Source of the DNA: Anaerolineae bacterium
Lineage (GTDB): Bacteria; Chloroflexota; Anaerolineae; Anaerolineales; Villigracilaceae
Length of the DNA stretch: 64,000 nucleotides
Reading direction: 5' to 3'
Assembly (NCBI GenBank): GCA_041489005.1
Contig: JBGPQK010000008.1
Coordinates: 6,602 to 70,601, forward strand
The first letter of the stretch is position 1. Each line of letters starts with the position of its first letter. The translations under genes were made by a program, and so were the position numbers. Of the stretch, positions 38,543 through 47,352 are shown in pieces. Below the pieces are notes generated by a model that ran no database searches, was not told the DNA's origin, and saw only the letters and a list, made by a program, of their open reading frames with translations.

Positions 38543-39607
38543 TTAAACTCTCTTAGTGACTGTCTCATCGATGCGCTGATAGCGGGTGACCACTGGGCAG
38601 GTATCGGATTCCAATTCGTCCATGTTGACAATTCGCAGCAGGCCGCGCTGGTGAAGGTATTCCACGTGCGCGCCGGCCTCCTCAATCGCCAGCAGGACAT
38701 GGTAACCATACACGCTGCCAAAGAGTTCCTTTGAGACATCCGCGATGGTATGCGGCTCGGTGAGGAAATCCATTGTAAGCTTCAACCGGGAGGCGTGCTC
38801 CAGTTGAATCTCGGCCAGCCGCACCAGCAGGTTGGGGATCGGGTCGTCGTGACCGGCCAGGGTGAGAGGCAAACCATCGGCCCACTTTTCGAGCAAGGTT
38901 AGCGAATCAAGATAATGTCCCAACCCTGTGTAGAGCGTCAGTCGCTCGGGGCTTTGGTGCGGAGAGATTCGACCGAGTACATGATCACCGCTGAAGAGGA
39001 TGTTGTGCAGTCGAATCACAACATGCCCGGCACAGTGACCTGGTACGTGCAACATTTCGAATGAGTACAGGCGCATTCCGATGGCCTCGTAGGTGAAATC
39101 CACCTTTACCGAATGGGAGAGCATCTTGTTGACGCGGTACATGTTGAGGATGCCTTCGCGCTTATCCTCCCGGACACCGGCCTCAACCAGATAAGCCTTC
39201 AGTCGGTTCTCGGCGATCGCCACGCGCTCCTCGTAATTGGTCAGGTTGCCCAGGTCGAGTTCATGGATGCCGACGAGTGCATTCGTTCGTTCGAGCAGGA
39301 AGACCAGCCCGCCGAAATGGTCAATGTGGCCATGCGTGATAAGGATGTGGGTTAGGTCTTCGATGTGGATCTTCTGCCCAGCCACACGGCTGGCTTGATC
39401 GAACCCGGCTTCCAGGTGGGCATTGGAATCGCCAAAACCGGAGCCAGTGTCTATCAACACAAATTGACCTTCCACCAGTACCAAGTAAGCATACGCCCAG
39501 AAGTCCGGAAAAACGTTCATCGGGATGCGGAAGATACGCGCCCCGCCATTTGTCTCGAAGGTCTGGAAGGTGTAAGGAATTTTGGTCGATTGGATATCCA
39601 TTGTCAA
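38543..39607 (-). CDS. MBL-fold metallo-hydrolase
   Basis: ITHGHIDHFGG (HxHxDH) plus downstream His/Asp ligands. The start overlaps the TetR stop (ATGA). Confidence 0.8.
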   Translation of the reverse strand: MTMDIQSTKIPYTFQTFETNGGARIFRIPMNVFPDFWAYAYLVLVEGQFVLIDTGSGFGDSNAHLEAGFDQASRVAGQKIHIEDLTHILITHGHIDHFGGLVFLLERTNALVGIHELDLGNLTNYEERVAIAENRLKAYLVEAGVREDKREGILNMYRVNKMLSHSVKVDFTYEAIGMRLYSFEMLHVPGHCAGHVVIRLHNILFSGDHVLGRISPHQSPERLTLYTGLGHYLDSLTLLEKWADGLPLTLAGHDDPIPNLLVRLAEIQLEHASRLKLTMDFLTEPHTIADVSKELFGSVYGYHVLLAIEEAGAHVEYLHQRGLLRIVNMDELESDTCPVVTRYQRIDETVTKRV

Positions 39608-40173
39608 CGCCTTCGCAAGCCATCCAGGAAGAGTGCAGCAAAGTTGTCGGAAATCTGCCCAATGGAAGACAATCCATCTGGGTGGTACCAGGTGATCGTC
39701 CAGTTCATCACACCCAGCAGGGCGCGGGCCGTCATGGACGGGTCGGTATTCTGGAACACGCCGCTATCCACACCCTCCTGAATCAAATCGCGCCACAACC
39801 GTTCAAATCGGTCGCGGCGCGGGATGTGGCGTTCATGATATTCCGGGTCGAGCGAGCGGTGTTCGAGCAGCAGGACCGACGTTAAGGCAGCGTGCTTGTC
39901 CAGACTTCCCAAATAGACACGCATTGCCTCGCACAATTTCTCGTCAACCGGCATGTCCCGGTTAAGAACGGCTGAAACACGCTCTATGAGCAAATCCAGT
40001 GCTTTATCTAGAAGGGCAAGGAGGATTTCCTGTTTGCTTGAAAAATGGTGGTAGAGACTGGCCTTTTGCAGATTGACCGCATCAGCAATATCCTGCATCG
40101 AGGCAGCATGATAGCCTTTTTGACGGATGATTTGGGCAGAGGCTTCAAGGATCTGGTCGCGATTCATAGACAC
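39604..40173 (-). CDS. TetR/AcrR-family transcriptional regulator
   Basis: N-terminal HTH (GYHAASMQDIADAVNLQKASLYHHFSSK). It is the first gene of the beta-oxidation operon. Confidence 0.85.
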   Translation of the reverse strand: MSMNRDQILEASAQIIRQKGYHAASMQDIADAVNLQKASLYHHFSSKQEILLALLDKALDLLIERVSAVLNRDMPVDEKLCEAMRVYLGSLDKHAALTSVLLLEHRSLDPEYHERHIPRRDRFERLWRDLIQEGVDSGVFQNTDPSMTARALLGVMNWTITWYHPDGLSSIGQISDNFAALFLDGLRRR

Positions 40174-40175
40174 TC

Positions 40176-40191
40176 TACCGACCGGTCGGTA
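40176..40191. promoter_or_regulatory. perfect 16-bp palindrome, candidate TetR operator
   Basis: TACCGACC|GGTCGGTA lies 2 nt upstream of the tetR start and just downstream of the candidate -10 box. Confidence 0.5.
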
Positions 40192-40196
40192 AAATA

Positions 40197-40225
40197 AGAA
40201 TACCAGAATTGGAATTAAGAGTCAA
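40197..40225 (-). promoter_or_regulatory. candidate promoter of the TetR/beta-oxidation operon
   Basis: TTGACT, 17 nt, then TATTCT on the minus strand. Confidence 0.4.
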
Positions 40226-40268
40226 TAGCCTTAGGCCTGGTTTCTTTTATAGATCATCCGGGTGGATG

Positions 40269-40301
40269 AAAAATGAAACCCCTCTCTTTTTACGAGAGGG
40301 G
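40269..40301 (-). terminator. intrinsic terminator after etfA
   Basis: On the minus strand, CCCCTCTC-GTAAAAA-GAGAGGGG is followed by TTTCATTTTT. Confidence 0.65.
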
Positions 40302-40323
40302 CTTGGATTGATGGTTAAATATG

Positions 40324-41340
40324 TTATTTGCCCATTTTCTTCTTGAACGCCGCAGTCAGCGCTGGGACGATCTGGTACAGATCGCCGACCACGCCGTAGC
40401 GCGCCAATTTAAATATGGGCGCCTCGGGGTCCTTGTTGATGGCAACGATTACTTTGCTGGTGCGCATACCGGCCAGGTGCTGGATCGCCCCTGAAATGCC
40501 GCAGGCGATATATACATCCGGTGAAACAACTTTACCGGTTTGTCCCACTTGGTGAGTGTAGGGAACATAGCCAGCATCCACCGCGGCGCGCGATGCCCCA
40601 ACAGCTGCCCCCAGCGCCGAGGCAAGATCAGAGACCAGGGCAAAACCCTGCTGTGCGCGCCAGATTTCGGCTTGTTTTTCGTCCAGTCCGGCCGGTGGTG
40701 TCAGGGCCGGGTTGTTCGAGACGCCGCGCCCGCCGGAAACGATCACATTCGCGTCCGTCAGACTGACGCCGCCTTCGCTGGTAGTGTAACCTTCTACTTT
40801 GGTAGGGAAATCTCCAATGGCGGCAGCAACCTTGGTTAGCGTCCCGGATTTCCCGGTCTGCTGTGCCGGTTTCGGGAAAGCCCGCCCGCGTAAAGTAATG
40901 ATCTGCGGCTTTGTCGAACATGTCTCCTTGGTCAGCAACTTTCCAGCGTAGATTGGGCGAGTGATAGTGATTTTCCCGCCAGTGGCCTCTAAGGATGTCA
41001 CGTCTACCATCACACCGCTCTTCAGGTCTATGGCGACCATGCCAGCTAGCTCACGGCCGCGAGTTGTGGTTGGGAACAGGAGCAGGTCGGGGGTCCGCTC
41101 CGCTGCGAGTTTGCTTAGAGTCGTCGCATAAGCTTCAGAGCGGTAATCAGACAGGACTTTGTCGTCTGCCAGAAGCACCTCGTCCGCACCATACTCAAAC
41201 GCGGTTTTTGCCAGCGCTTCGATGCCAGAGCCAAAGACCAGAGCGGTGACATTACCGAGCGTTTTACCCACACCGATTGTTTCCCACGAGGCGGGTAGGG
41301 CATTGCCCTTGAAGTGGTCAATATAAACCCAAGTGTTCAT
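40324..41340 (-). CDS. etfA: electron transfer flavoprotein subunit alpha
   Basis: The C-terminal FAD-binding segment (VSPDVYIACGISGAIQHLAGM, VAINKDPEAPIF) is diagnostic. Confidence 0.9.
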   Translation of the reverse strand: MNTWVYIDHFKGNALPASWETIGVGKTLGNVTALVFGSGIEALAKTAFEYGADEVLLADDKVLSDYRSEAYATTLSKLAAERTPDLLLFPTTTRGRELAGMVAIDLKSGVMVDVTSLEATGGKITITRPIYAGKLLTKETCSTKPQIITLRGRAFPKPAQQTGKSGTLTKVAAAIGDFPTKVEGYTTSEGGVSLTDANVIVSGGRGVSNNPALTPPAGLDEKQAEIWRAQQGFALVSDLASALGAAVGASRAAVDAGYVPYTHQVGQTGKVVSPDVYIACGISGAIQHLAGMRTSKVIVAINKDPEAPIFKLARYGVVGDLYQIVPALTAAFKKKMGK

Positions 41341-42107
41341 AGGACTTTCTCCGCCAATATTTTATTGGCCAGTGTTTCCGCGATCTCCTCTGGATTGCCA
41401 CCGGTGATGAACTCGCATATGACTTCCCGGCTGGGTGTGTTCATGATCTCCGGCCAGGCGATGACAGAGGCTGGTGCGACGATGCCAAGCTCGGCCAGCG
41501 ACCAGGTCGGGATTTCGGCACGCGAAGCCTTGCGGATACCCATGAACGATGGGTAGCGCGGCTCGCCGAAGTCTTTTGGTAAGCTGAAGACGGCTGGAAG
41601 TCTGGCCGTGACAATCTGTCGCCCTTCCTCGATACTGCGTTCGACTCGGACGTTTCCCCCCTCAATTTTAATAACTGAGGCCAGGGTCAGCGCAGGCCAG
41701 CCCAGTATACGAGCCGCCTGCCCAGGGACCAGGCCAGCGTCGCCATCAATCGCCTGACGACCAAAGAAAGCCATGTCCACACCACCGGTTTTATGGATCG
41801 CAGCCGCCAGGACTTGGGCGGTAGCTTGAGTATCCATGTTGACCAGTGCGGGATCACAGATCAGGATGGCTTCATCGGCTCCCATGGCAAGGGCGCGCTT
41901 GAGCGCTTCTTTGCAGCTCTCGTCACCGATGGTAATAGCCGTGATGGTACCGCCCAGGGCCTCTTTTTGCTGGATAGCGGCTTCCACAGCATATTCATCC
42001 CATGGATTCAAGATCAGGGGAGCGTCACCCCACGATACCTTTCCCTGCTCAACAATGACCTTGGCTGTTGAATCCGGCACTTGTTTTATACAGACGACAA
42101 TTTTCAT
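41337..42107 (-). CDS. etfB: electron transfer flavoprotein subunit beta
   Basis: MKIVVCIKQVPD, NPWDEYAVEAA. Overlaps the etfA start. Confidence 0.9.
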   Translation of the reverse strand: MKIVVCIKQVPDSTAKVIVEQGKVSWGDAPLILNPWDEYAVEAAIQQKEALGGTITAITIGDESCKEALKRALAMGADEAILICDPALVNMDTQATAQVLAAAIHKTGGVDMAFFGRQAIDGDAGLVPGQAARILGWPALTLASVIKIEGGNVRVERSIEEGRQIVTARLPAVFSLPKDFGEPRYPSFMGIRKASRAEIPTWSLAELGIVAPASVIAWPEIMNTPSREVICEFITGGNPEEIAETLANKILAEKVL

Positions 42108-42176
42108 GAAACATCCTCCTGAAATTTAAGATTTCTGCCTTTTCCTGGATAAATAGATCATCCTTCAATTCAATTA

Positions 42177-42701
42177 TTATACAACACTCCCCAGAAGCCT
42201 AGATAGTTCGCGCATGTGATTCAATTGATGGCCATAGATGGCCACGATCATTATCTCAATATTTACATCCCCTAATGCCGGATGTCGTCCGATCTTCTCC
42301 AACTGGTCTTCCTCAAGGGTCCTGACCCACTCAATGGTCTGCTGCCGGGCTTGATCTAGCAGGTCGAGCAGGATAGGTGGCGATTGACCTTCCAGTCGCC
42401 TTTGCTCATCGGCATTATAGTGATTGATGTCAAAATCAGGTGGGGTGCCCGGGCCACCACCTGCAACAGATTGGGCCAGGGCAAGGAGTTGTCTCTCTGC
42501 AGATACAAAATGCGCTAAGAGGTGGCGCACTTGCCATGTTGGCTCGTGATAGAGGGGTATCTGCCACTGTTCCGGCGTCAAAGCGTTAAAAATCTCAAAG
42601 GTCTTTTGTCGACCTTTTTCCAGTTTGGCTGCTAATTCATCTGCTCTTGGTTGTATCATGGCACAAGTTGTCATCCTTTCTTTTGAGCGCTCAATTCTCA
42701 C
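42177..42701 (-). CDS. DinB-family protein (start uncertain)
   Basis: Four-helix-bundle His pattern (HLLAHFVSAE ... IYGHQLNHMRE) typical of DinB/YfiT-like proteins. Confidence 0.7.
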   Translation of the reverse strand: MRIERSKERMTTCAMIQPRADELAAKLEKGRQKTFEIFNALTPEQWQIPLYHEPTWQVRHLLAHFVSAERQLLALAQSVAGGGPGTPPDFDINHYNADEQRRLEGQSPPILLDLLDQARQQTIEWVRTLEEDQLEKIGRHPALGDVNIEIMIVAIYGHQLNHMRELSRLLGSVV

Positions 42702-42982
42702 TTTCGATGGAGCCCGGTCCTAAATTTATTAGTGTGCTTTGACACCGGAAGTTCAGTTCGAATAAATTGCATGGCTCCACATCCGGGAAAATTTTATTTT
42801 CCTAATACCATCTGACTGCACCTTTCACTGATTTCACTTTGCTGAATCGATTTCCAAGACATTCCCATGTTCACGCAGCCGCGCCCACTGGCAAAGCGAT
42901 CGAACATTAACAATTGACTGAACGTCCCTCCCTACGGAGACCAGCGATCTGAAAAAAAAGATGCCTTTTCAGGCGCCTTCGA

Positions 42983-43171
42983 GTTGCGGGGGCTGGACTC
43001 GAACCAGCGACCTCCAGGTTATGAGCACCAATCTCGCGTCGCACATTACAGACCGACGGGGTGCTGTTTTTGCCTGACCCGGTGGTTTGAGGTAGATAGG
43101 GGCCCGGCGAGCTAAAGTTGGATGATCAGCGAGCGGATTTTAGCACGAACGCAACCAGAACGCAAGTTCTG
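42983..43171 (-). repeat. repeat copy 1: conserved ~145-nt arm plus tRNA-Met(CAU) 3' half
   Basis: The minus strand ends with ...GCTCATAACCTGGAGGTCGCTGGTTCGAGTCCAGCCCCCGCAA. No matching 5' acceptor strand or D-arm is present. By hand alignment the arm differs from copy 3 at about 17 of ~147 positions. Confidence 0.8.
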
Positions 43172-43525
43172 AAACTATTGTTCAAAGCTCACAGCTCGGA
43201 CTTTATTATTTCCTTGAAATCCGTTTGGATGAAGTTATAAACCCTACGGGGTAATACCACAATTCCTACGGGTGTGATCGGATGGAATATTTGCACCATA
43301 CAGCATGGCTCTTGGTTTCCTTAGACAACAAGAACCAAGTTACCATGACCAAGCCTTTCCGTAAACTACTGAGAATAGTAAAAACGATGGTAAACTTAAA
43401 AAGGTTCAGTCAAGATTCTCACCCCGTTTGGGCGAAAATGATGGCAAAATTATTTCGACATGGAATTTCGGGATTATTTTATATTGACGTAGAATTCAGG
43501 TATCAGTTTTTTCATCGAGGGAGCA

Positions 43526-45550
43526 ATGGCTAAATATCTCAGATCAGTTCTCCTGCTCATGATCTTCCTGTTACCTGCCTGTGCCCAGACCAGCATACCT
43601 GCGCCGACCATCATCCCGCCTACAGGTTCAACAATCTCTATAACCACTCCCACAACTATCCCTTCTGTCACTCCTCAGCCATCTGTAACCTTGCAGCAGG
43701 ATGGTAGCCTCTATGCCGGTCCCGGCAACGCGGATTTTGAACAGGTTGCCTCTTTAAAAGCCGGTACGGATGTACTGCCTATAGCGACTTTTGGGGATTT
43801 TGTCCAGGTCGCGACCATCGTGGATGGTCAGGAACTGCATGGATATGTCTGGAAAAATATCCTGGCGGCATTGCCCGCCGGCCTGCCGGCATTGGCCAGC
43901 GCATCTGTTCCCTGGCAGCCACTTTACCTGCCGGATTGTTCGCCGGGGAACTATACCGCAGCCACCGACGCCGTTGTGTTCTCTAATGACAGCAGTGCTT
44001 ATTTGGATAACGAAAGCAGCGCCATTCCTTTGGCAGAACCGCTCAGTATTGCCATCGGTAGCGCTGCTGCCACCCCAGGCGATGGCGCACCTGCGATCAA
44101 GATCCTTGGCAGCCCTGAGCAGCCCAGCGGAGATTGGTGGAAAGGCATCACCCGCCTGGATCTTGGATACATGAATGGCAATTACTATATCGGCATCCGG
44201 GATGGCACCAAGGCCGATTATGTCGTTTATCGGGAACTGCCGATCAAGGCCGATCAAACCATCCAACTTGCCTTTGACCAAATCGAGGGAAAGAGTTTCC
44301 GCATTCTGGACGGGAACAGGCAGAAAATTCTATCTATGGATCTGACCACCACACAAGGCGTGAATCTGCCAAACGGCTTGTTTCCTAAAGGCGTCGTCTA
44401 CATCGGTACCACGCTCCCAGCGCATAGCACCTTCAATGTGACAGGATTGCGGATCGGTGTTCTAGCCTCCGGTCAATGGATGCAGGCACAGAACGGTTAT
44501 TACACCCAACCTGGGCTGGCAGAGCTGGCAGTATCCCACCATGTCACCATCGGGACGGAGTTTTCGGTCGGATATACCTCCGACCCGCGTTACTGCCGGA
44601 CCATGCAGCGGGACTTCAACGTGGCTGTTCTGAGCGAATTTTCCTCGCCCGCCATGTGGCTGGGCATCAGTCAATACGATTTCAGCGCCATTGATCAGGC
44701 CGTGGATTACGCCTCCCGCCACGGCTGGCGTATCCGCGCCTCGCACCTGTTATGGGGCAACCCCGATATTCTTCCCGATTGGCTGAAGAACAGTCACTAC
44801 CCTCGCGAGCAGTATATCCAGATCATGGAACAGTACATCAAAGATGTCGTTGGGCGCTACCGCGGTCGCGTCCAGGAGTGGAGCATTGCCAATGAAGCCA
44901 TCAGCCGCTCCTTCTCATCGGGTACGGATTTTTGGAATGACAAGATCGGCCCGGACTACATTTCGCTGGCCTTCATCACTGCCAGGCAGGCTGACCCCGA
45001 GGGCCTGTTGATCTTCAACGATTACAACAACCAGGCCCCCCAGGATGCCCTGCAAGCGAGTATCATCAACAAGATGTATACCACCGTAAGACAGCTCAAG
45101 GCAGGGGGCGTACCCATCGACGTGGTCGGGATGCAAATGCACCTTTTCATGCCCTGGCTCAGCAGTTCCTTGCTGCCTCAGAAAGCAGCTGTGGTTGCCA
45201 CCATGCAAAAGTTTGCCGCCCTGGGTGTGCGGATCTATGTTACCGAGATGGATGCGGATCTGGCCAGACAGCCGGGCAGCCAGGTCGAGAAATGGGCTTT
45301 TGAAGCCGGGGTTTATCGCGATATTATGGAAGCCTGTATCGAGTCGGGTGTTTGCAACAGTTTTGCCACTTGGGGTATCTCGGATGCGACTTCCTGGATT
45401 TCCTGCGCTTCGAATGGTTGCCTGAATGAAAAGAATGCCGACCCACTCATGTTCGATCCTTCCTATGCCCCCAAACCGGCTTACTTTGCCGTACGGGATG
45501 CTCTCCAGACGGATTTTACCGTCACACCTATTACCACCCCGACGAAATGA
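43526..45550 (+). CDS. GH10-family (endo-beta-1,4-xylanase-like) lipoprotein with an N-terminal SH3-like domain and an unknown middle domain
   Basis: Lipobox LLPAC. An SH3b-like segment (LYAGPG...GYVWKNIL). The C-terminal ~330 aa carry GH10-like motifs: WSIANEA (acid/base region) and YVTEMD (nucleophile region). Confidence 0.72.
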   Translation: MAKYLRSVLLLMIFLLPACAQTSIPAPTIIPPTGSTISITTPTTIPSVTPQPSVTLQQDGSLYAGPGNADFEQVASLKAGTDVLPIATFGDFVQVATIVDGQELHGYVWKNILAALPAGLPALASASVPWQPLYLPDCSPGNYTAATDAVVFSNDSSAYLDNESSAIPLAEPLSIAIGSAAATPGDGAPAIKILGSPEQPSGDWWKGITRLDLGYMNGNYYIGIRDGTKADYVVYRELPIKADQTIQLAFDQIEGKSFRILDGNRQKILSMDLTTTQGVNLPNGLFPKGVVYIGTTLPAHSTFNVTGLRIGVLASGQWMQAQNGYYTQPGLAELAVSHHVTIGTEFSVGYTSDPRYCRTMQRDFNVAVLSEFSSPAMWLGISQYDFSAIDQAVDYASRHGWRIRASHLLWGNPDILPDWLKNSHYPREQYIQIMEQYIKDVVGRYRGRVQEWSIANEAISRSFSSGTDFWNDKIGPDYISLAFITARQADPEGLLIFNDYNNQAPQDALQASIINKMYTTVRQLKAGGVPIDVVGMQMHLFMPWLSSSLLPQKAAVVATMQKFAALGVRIYVTEMDADLARQPGSQVEKWAFEAGVYRDIMEACIESGVCNSFATWGISDATSWISCASNGCLNEKNADPLMFDPSYAPKPAYFAVRDALQTDFTVTPITTPTK

Positions 45551-45678
45551 TCGGCACCCTCACTCTTCACCTGCATCTCCCTGGCTGCGGCTCATTTAAA
45601 AGAAAAACGCGGACGGCATAAGCGCGCTGCTGGCGCGCCTGCACCGCCAGTTCAATGTATCTGCAGCAGTTACAGTCT
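45547..45678 (+). pseudogene. DUF503 (YlxP-like) gene relic, frameshifted and truncated
   Basis: The ATG overlaps the GH10 stop (ATGA). It reads MIGTLTLHLHLPGCGS..K.KR, and after two frame changes LLARLHRQFNVSAAV, matching the DUF503 N-terminal pattern. The rest of the gene is missing. Confidence 0.5.
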
Positions 45679-46053
45679 GCCTATCTTTGTTAGCCCTTTA
45701 ACCTATTAAAGAACTTCTCTTCTACCGGAGAGTATATACTCGTTATTAAGCTGTCAAAAGGCAACAAGCCTGGCGATTTCTGCTAGATATGTTCTTCCTC
45801 CCGAATGCGGGGGCCTGTGCCAACGGTGGTAATTTTAAAACTATCAAAGCCCCAACCATGTGTGTCACCCGGGCGATCAATGTCACAATCAACTCCTAGC
45901 CAGGCACCGTAAACCCACTGATCAAACCCAAACCTGTCTCCCACCTCGATCGACCCGGCGGACTAGTCATACTCAAAATACCAAATAAAGGAAGTGCTCC
46001 AGCATCAGTCCGGTGTATAATTTTTGATCAGCTAAGCTTGAGTCGGAGGTTCG

Positions 46054-46857
46054 ATGTCTACATTCAGAGAAAAATACGGACCTTGGGCACTTGTCACCGG
46101 TGCTGCCATGGGACTGGGAGCAGAATTTGCCCGGCAATTGGCCAAAAAGGGATTAAACCTGGTTCTTGTAGATATTAAAGCCGAACCCTTGTCAGACATA
46201 TCCAAGACATACTCTCGCGAGTTCAACGTTGGCGTCCGACCAATCGTTTTGGACCTGGCTCACGGGATTTTCTCATCCCAGTTGATCCCTGCTACCAGCG
46301 ACCTCGAAGTTGGATTACTGGTGAACAATGCAGGGATCTCAGCCATCGGTCATTTTCTGGACGTGCCTCTTGAAAAACATTTATCCATCCTTGCCATCAA
46401 CGCCCGGGCGCCTCTGATGCTGGCCCATCACTTTGGCGGGCTTATGCGTGAGAGAAAACGCGGCGGGATCATTTTTGTCTCCTCCGTGTCAGCCATTGTA
46501 GGGACAAGTTATGTCAGCGAGTATTCAGCCACCAAGGCGCATGACCTGGCATTGGGTGAAGCTCTTTGGGAGGAATTACGATCCTTCAATGTGGATGTGC
46601 TAACAACGATCGTCGGAGCGACTGATACTCCTGGCTGGCGGGCAGAAAATGCCAGGCCAGATGCGAAAACCTGGCCGCCTGTCATGAAAGCCGAGGATAC
46701 AATCCGCGAAACACTCGCTGCACTGGGGAAGACATCTAGCTTTGTGCCTGGCGCACAAAACCGTTTCGCCACTTTCCTTACATCACGCCTGCTCTCGCGT
46801 AAGACCGCGATCGAGACGACAGGAAAAGAAATGGATAAGAGGTATGGGAAGAAGTGA
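46054..46857 (+). CDS. short-chain dehydrogenase/reductase (SDR)
   Basis: TGAAMGLGAEFA (TGxxxGxG), NNAG and the YSATKA catalytic Tyr/Lys. Confidence 0.85.
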   Translation: MSTFREKYGPWALVTGAAMGLGAEFARQLAKKGLNLVLVDIKAEPLSDISKTYSREFNVGVRPIVLDLAHGIFSSQLIPATSDLEVGLLVNNAGISAIGHFLDVPLEKHLSILAINARAPLMLAHHFGGLMRERKRGGIIFVSSVSAIVGTSYVSEYSATKAHDLALGEALWEELRSFNVDVLTTIVGATDTPGWRAENARPDAKTWPPVMKAEDTIRETLAALGKTSSFVPGAQNRFATFLTSRLLSRKTAIETTGKEMDKRYGKK

Positions 46858-47242
46858 GATGATCGCGGAGAGTATGACGATCGGGTGCTGTACAGTTCTC
46901 TCGTCGGGCGAGGCCATGAGACCTCGCCCTGACCTTGACCGGAGGTCTCTTCCAGCGTGTTGACCAGATCAACGGGCCTTTTTCTTTCCCGGCTCCTCCT
47001 GCAGATCAAGAGCATCCGTGCGTCAAGCGCTTGATATGAACAGGGCATAGCGGAAGGAGAATTCCTCATGTTCGATGCTCCCACATCCGTAGGCAGGCCA
47101 TATCACCTTGCCCCTACATTTACCTATTCAAAGATAGCAGCGGGTTTTGGACCAGAAGAGGGATTCTGTTTTACTTATTTGGTAAAAATGGATCATGTGA
47201 TATTCATCTGAATAGTCCCCAATGTTTGTGCCAGTTATCATG

Positions 47243-47297
47243 TGAGGCTGGAACCAACGACCCAGAGGTTATGAGCTCCAATCTAATTTCGCACATT
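47243..47297 (-). repeat. truncated, degenerate copy of the tRNA-half repeat
   Basis: The minus strand reads GAATGTGCGAAATTAGATTGGAGCTCATAACCTCTGGGTCGTTGGTTCCAGCCTCAC. It aligns to the junction of the arm and the tRNA 3' half in the full copies. Confidence 0.6.
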
Positions 47298-47305
47298 CTT
47301 AAAGG

Positions 47306-47331
47306 AAAAAGTGCCATTTCAGGCACTTTTT
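47306..47331. terminator. symmetric hairpin associated with the repeat unit
   Basis: AAAAAGTGCC-ATTTCA-GGCACTTTTT. Homologous hairpins precede copy 3 (51736-51759) and, in degenerate form, copy 1 (about 42953-42978). Confidence 0.55.
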
Positions 47332-47352
47332 CACTCTCTTTGGGACTAATTT

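Noticed and set aside
40245-42160. A shared 11-mer ATAGATCATCC downstream of etfA (about 40248) and upstream of etfB (about 42148), considered as a possible regulatory box.
   Set aside because: Exact 11-mer repeats are expected by chance many times in 64 kb, and the flanks show no further similarity.
42983-43171. The repeats as genuine tRNA genes, an intron-containing tRNA, or tmRNA fragments.
   Set aside because: No 5' acceptor strand (TGCGGGG), D-arm or 5' anticodon stem lies within about 200 nt upstream on the tRNA strand in any copy. Three copies of an intron 3' end plus exon 2 with no exon 1 make no sense for a group I intron. The presence of an anticodon loop (CTCATAA) argues against a tmRNA 3' end.
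43282-43533. An 83-aa plus-strand ORF just upstream of the GH10 gene.
   Set aside because: No RBS and no family resemblance. It overlaps the GH10 start and its GGAG RBS region. It is more likely 5' UTR or promoter DNA.
45783-45944. A 53-codon minus-strand ORF (VGDRFGFDQWVYGAWLGVDCDIDRPGDTHGWGFDSFKITTVGTGPRIREEEHI) in the gap after the DUF503 relic.
   Set aside because: It looks protein-like and may be another gene remnant. It has only a GTG start, no RBS and no family I can name, so it is not called as a feature. A BLASTX of 45680-46050 would settle it.
46509-47084. A 191-aa minus-strand ORF overlapping the 3' end of the SDR gene and extending into the intergenic region.
   Set aside because: It is antisense to a well-supported SDR gene, is low-complexity and R/S-rich, and has no recognisable motif or RBS. 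It is probably a GC-driven spurious ORF.
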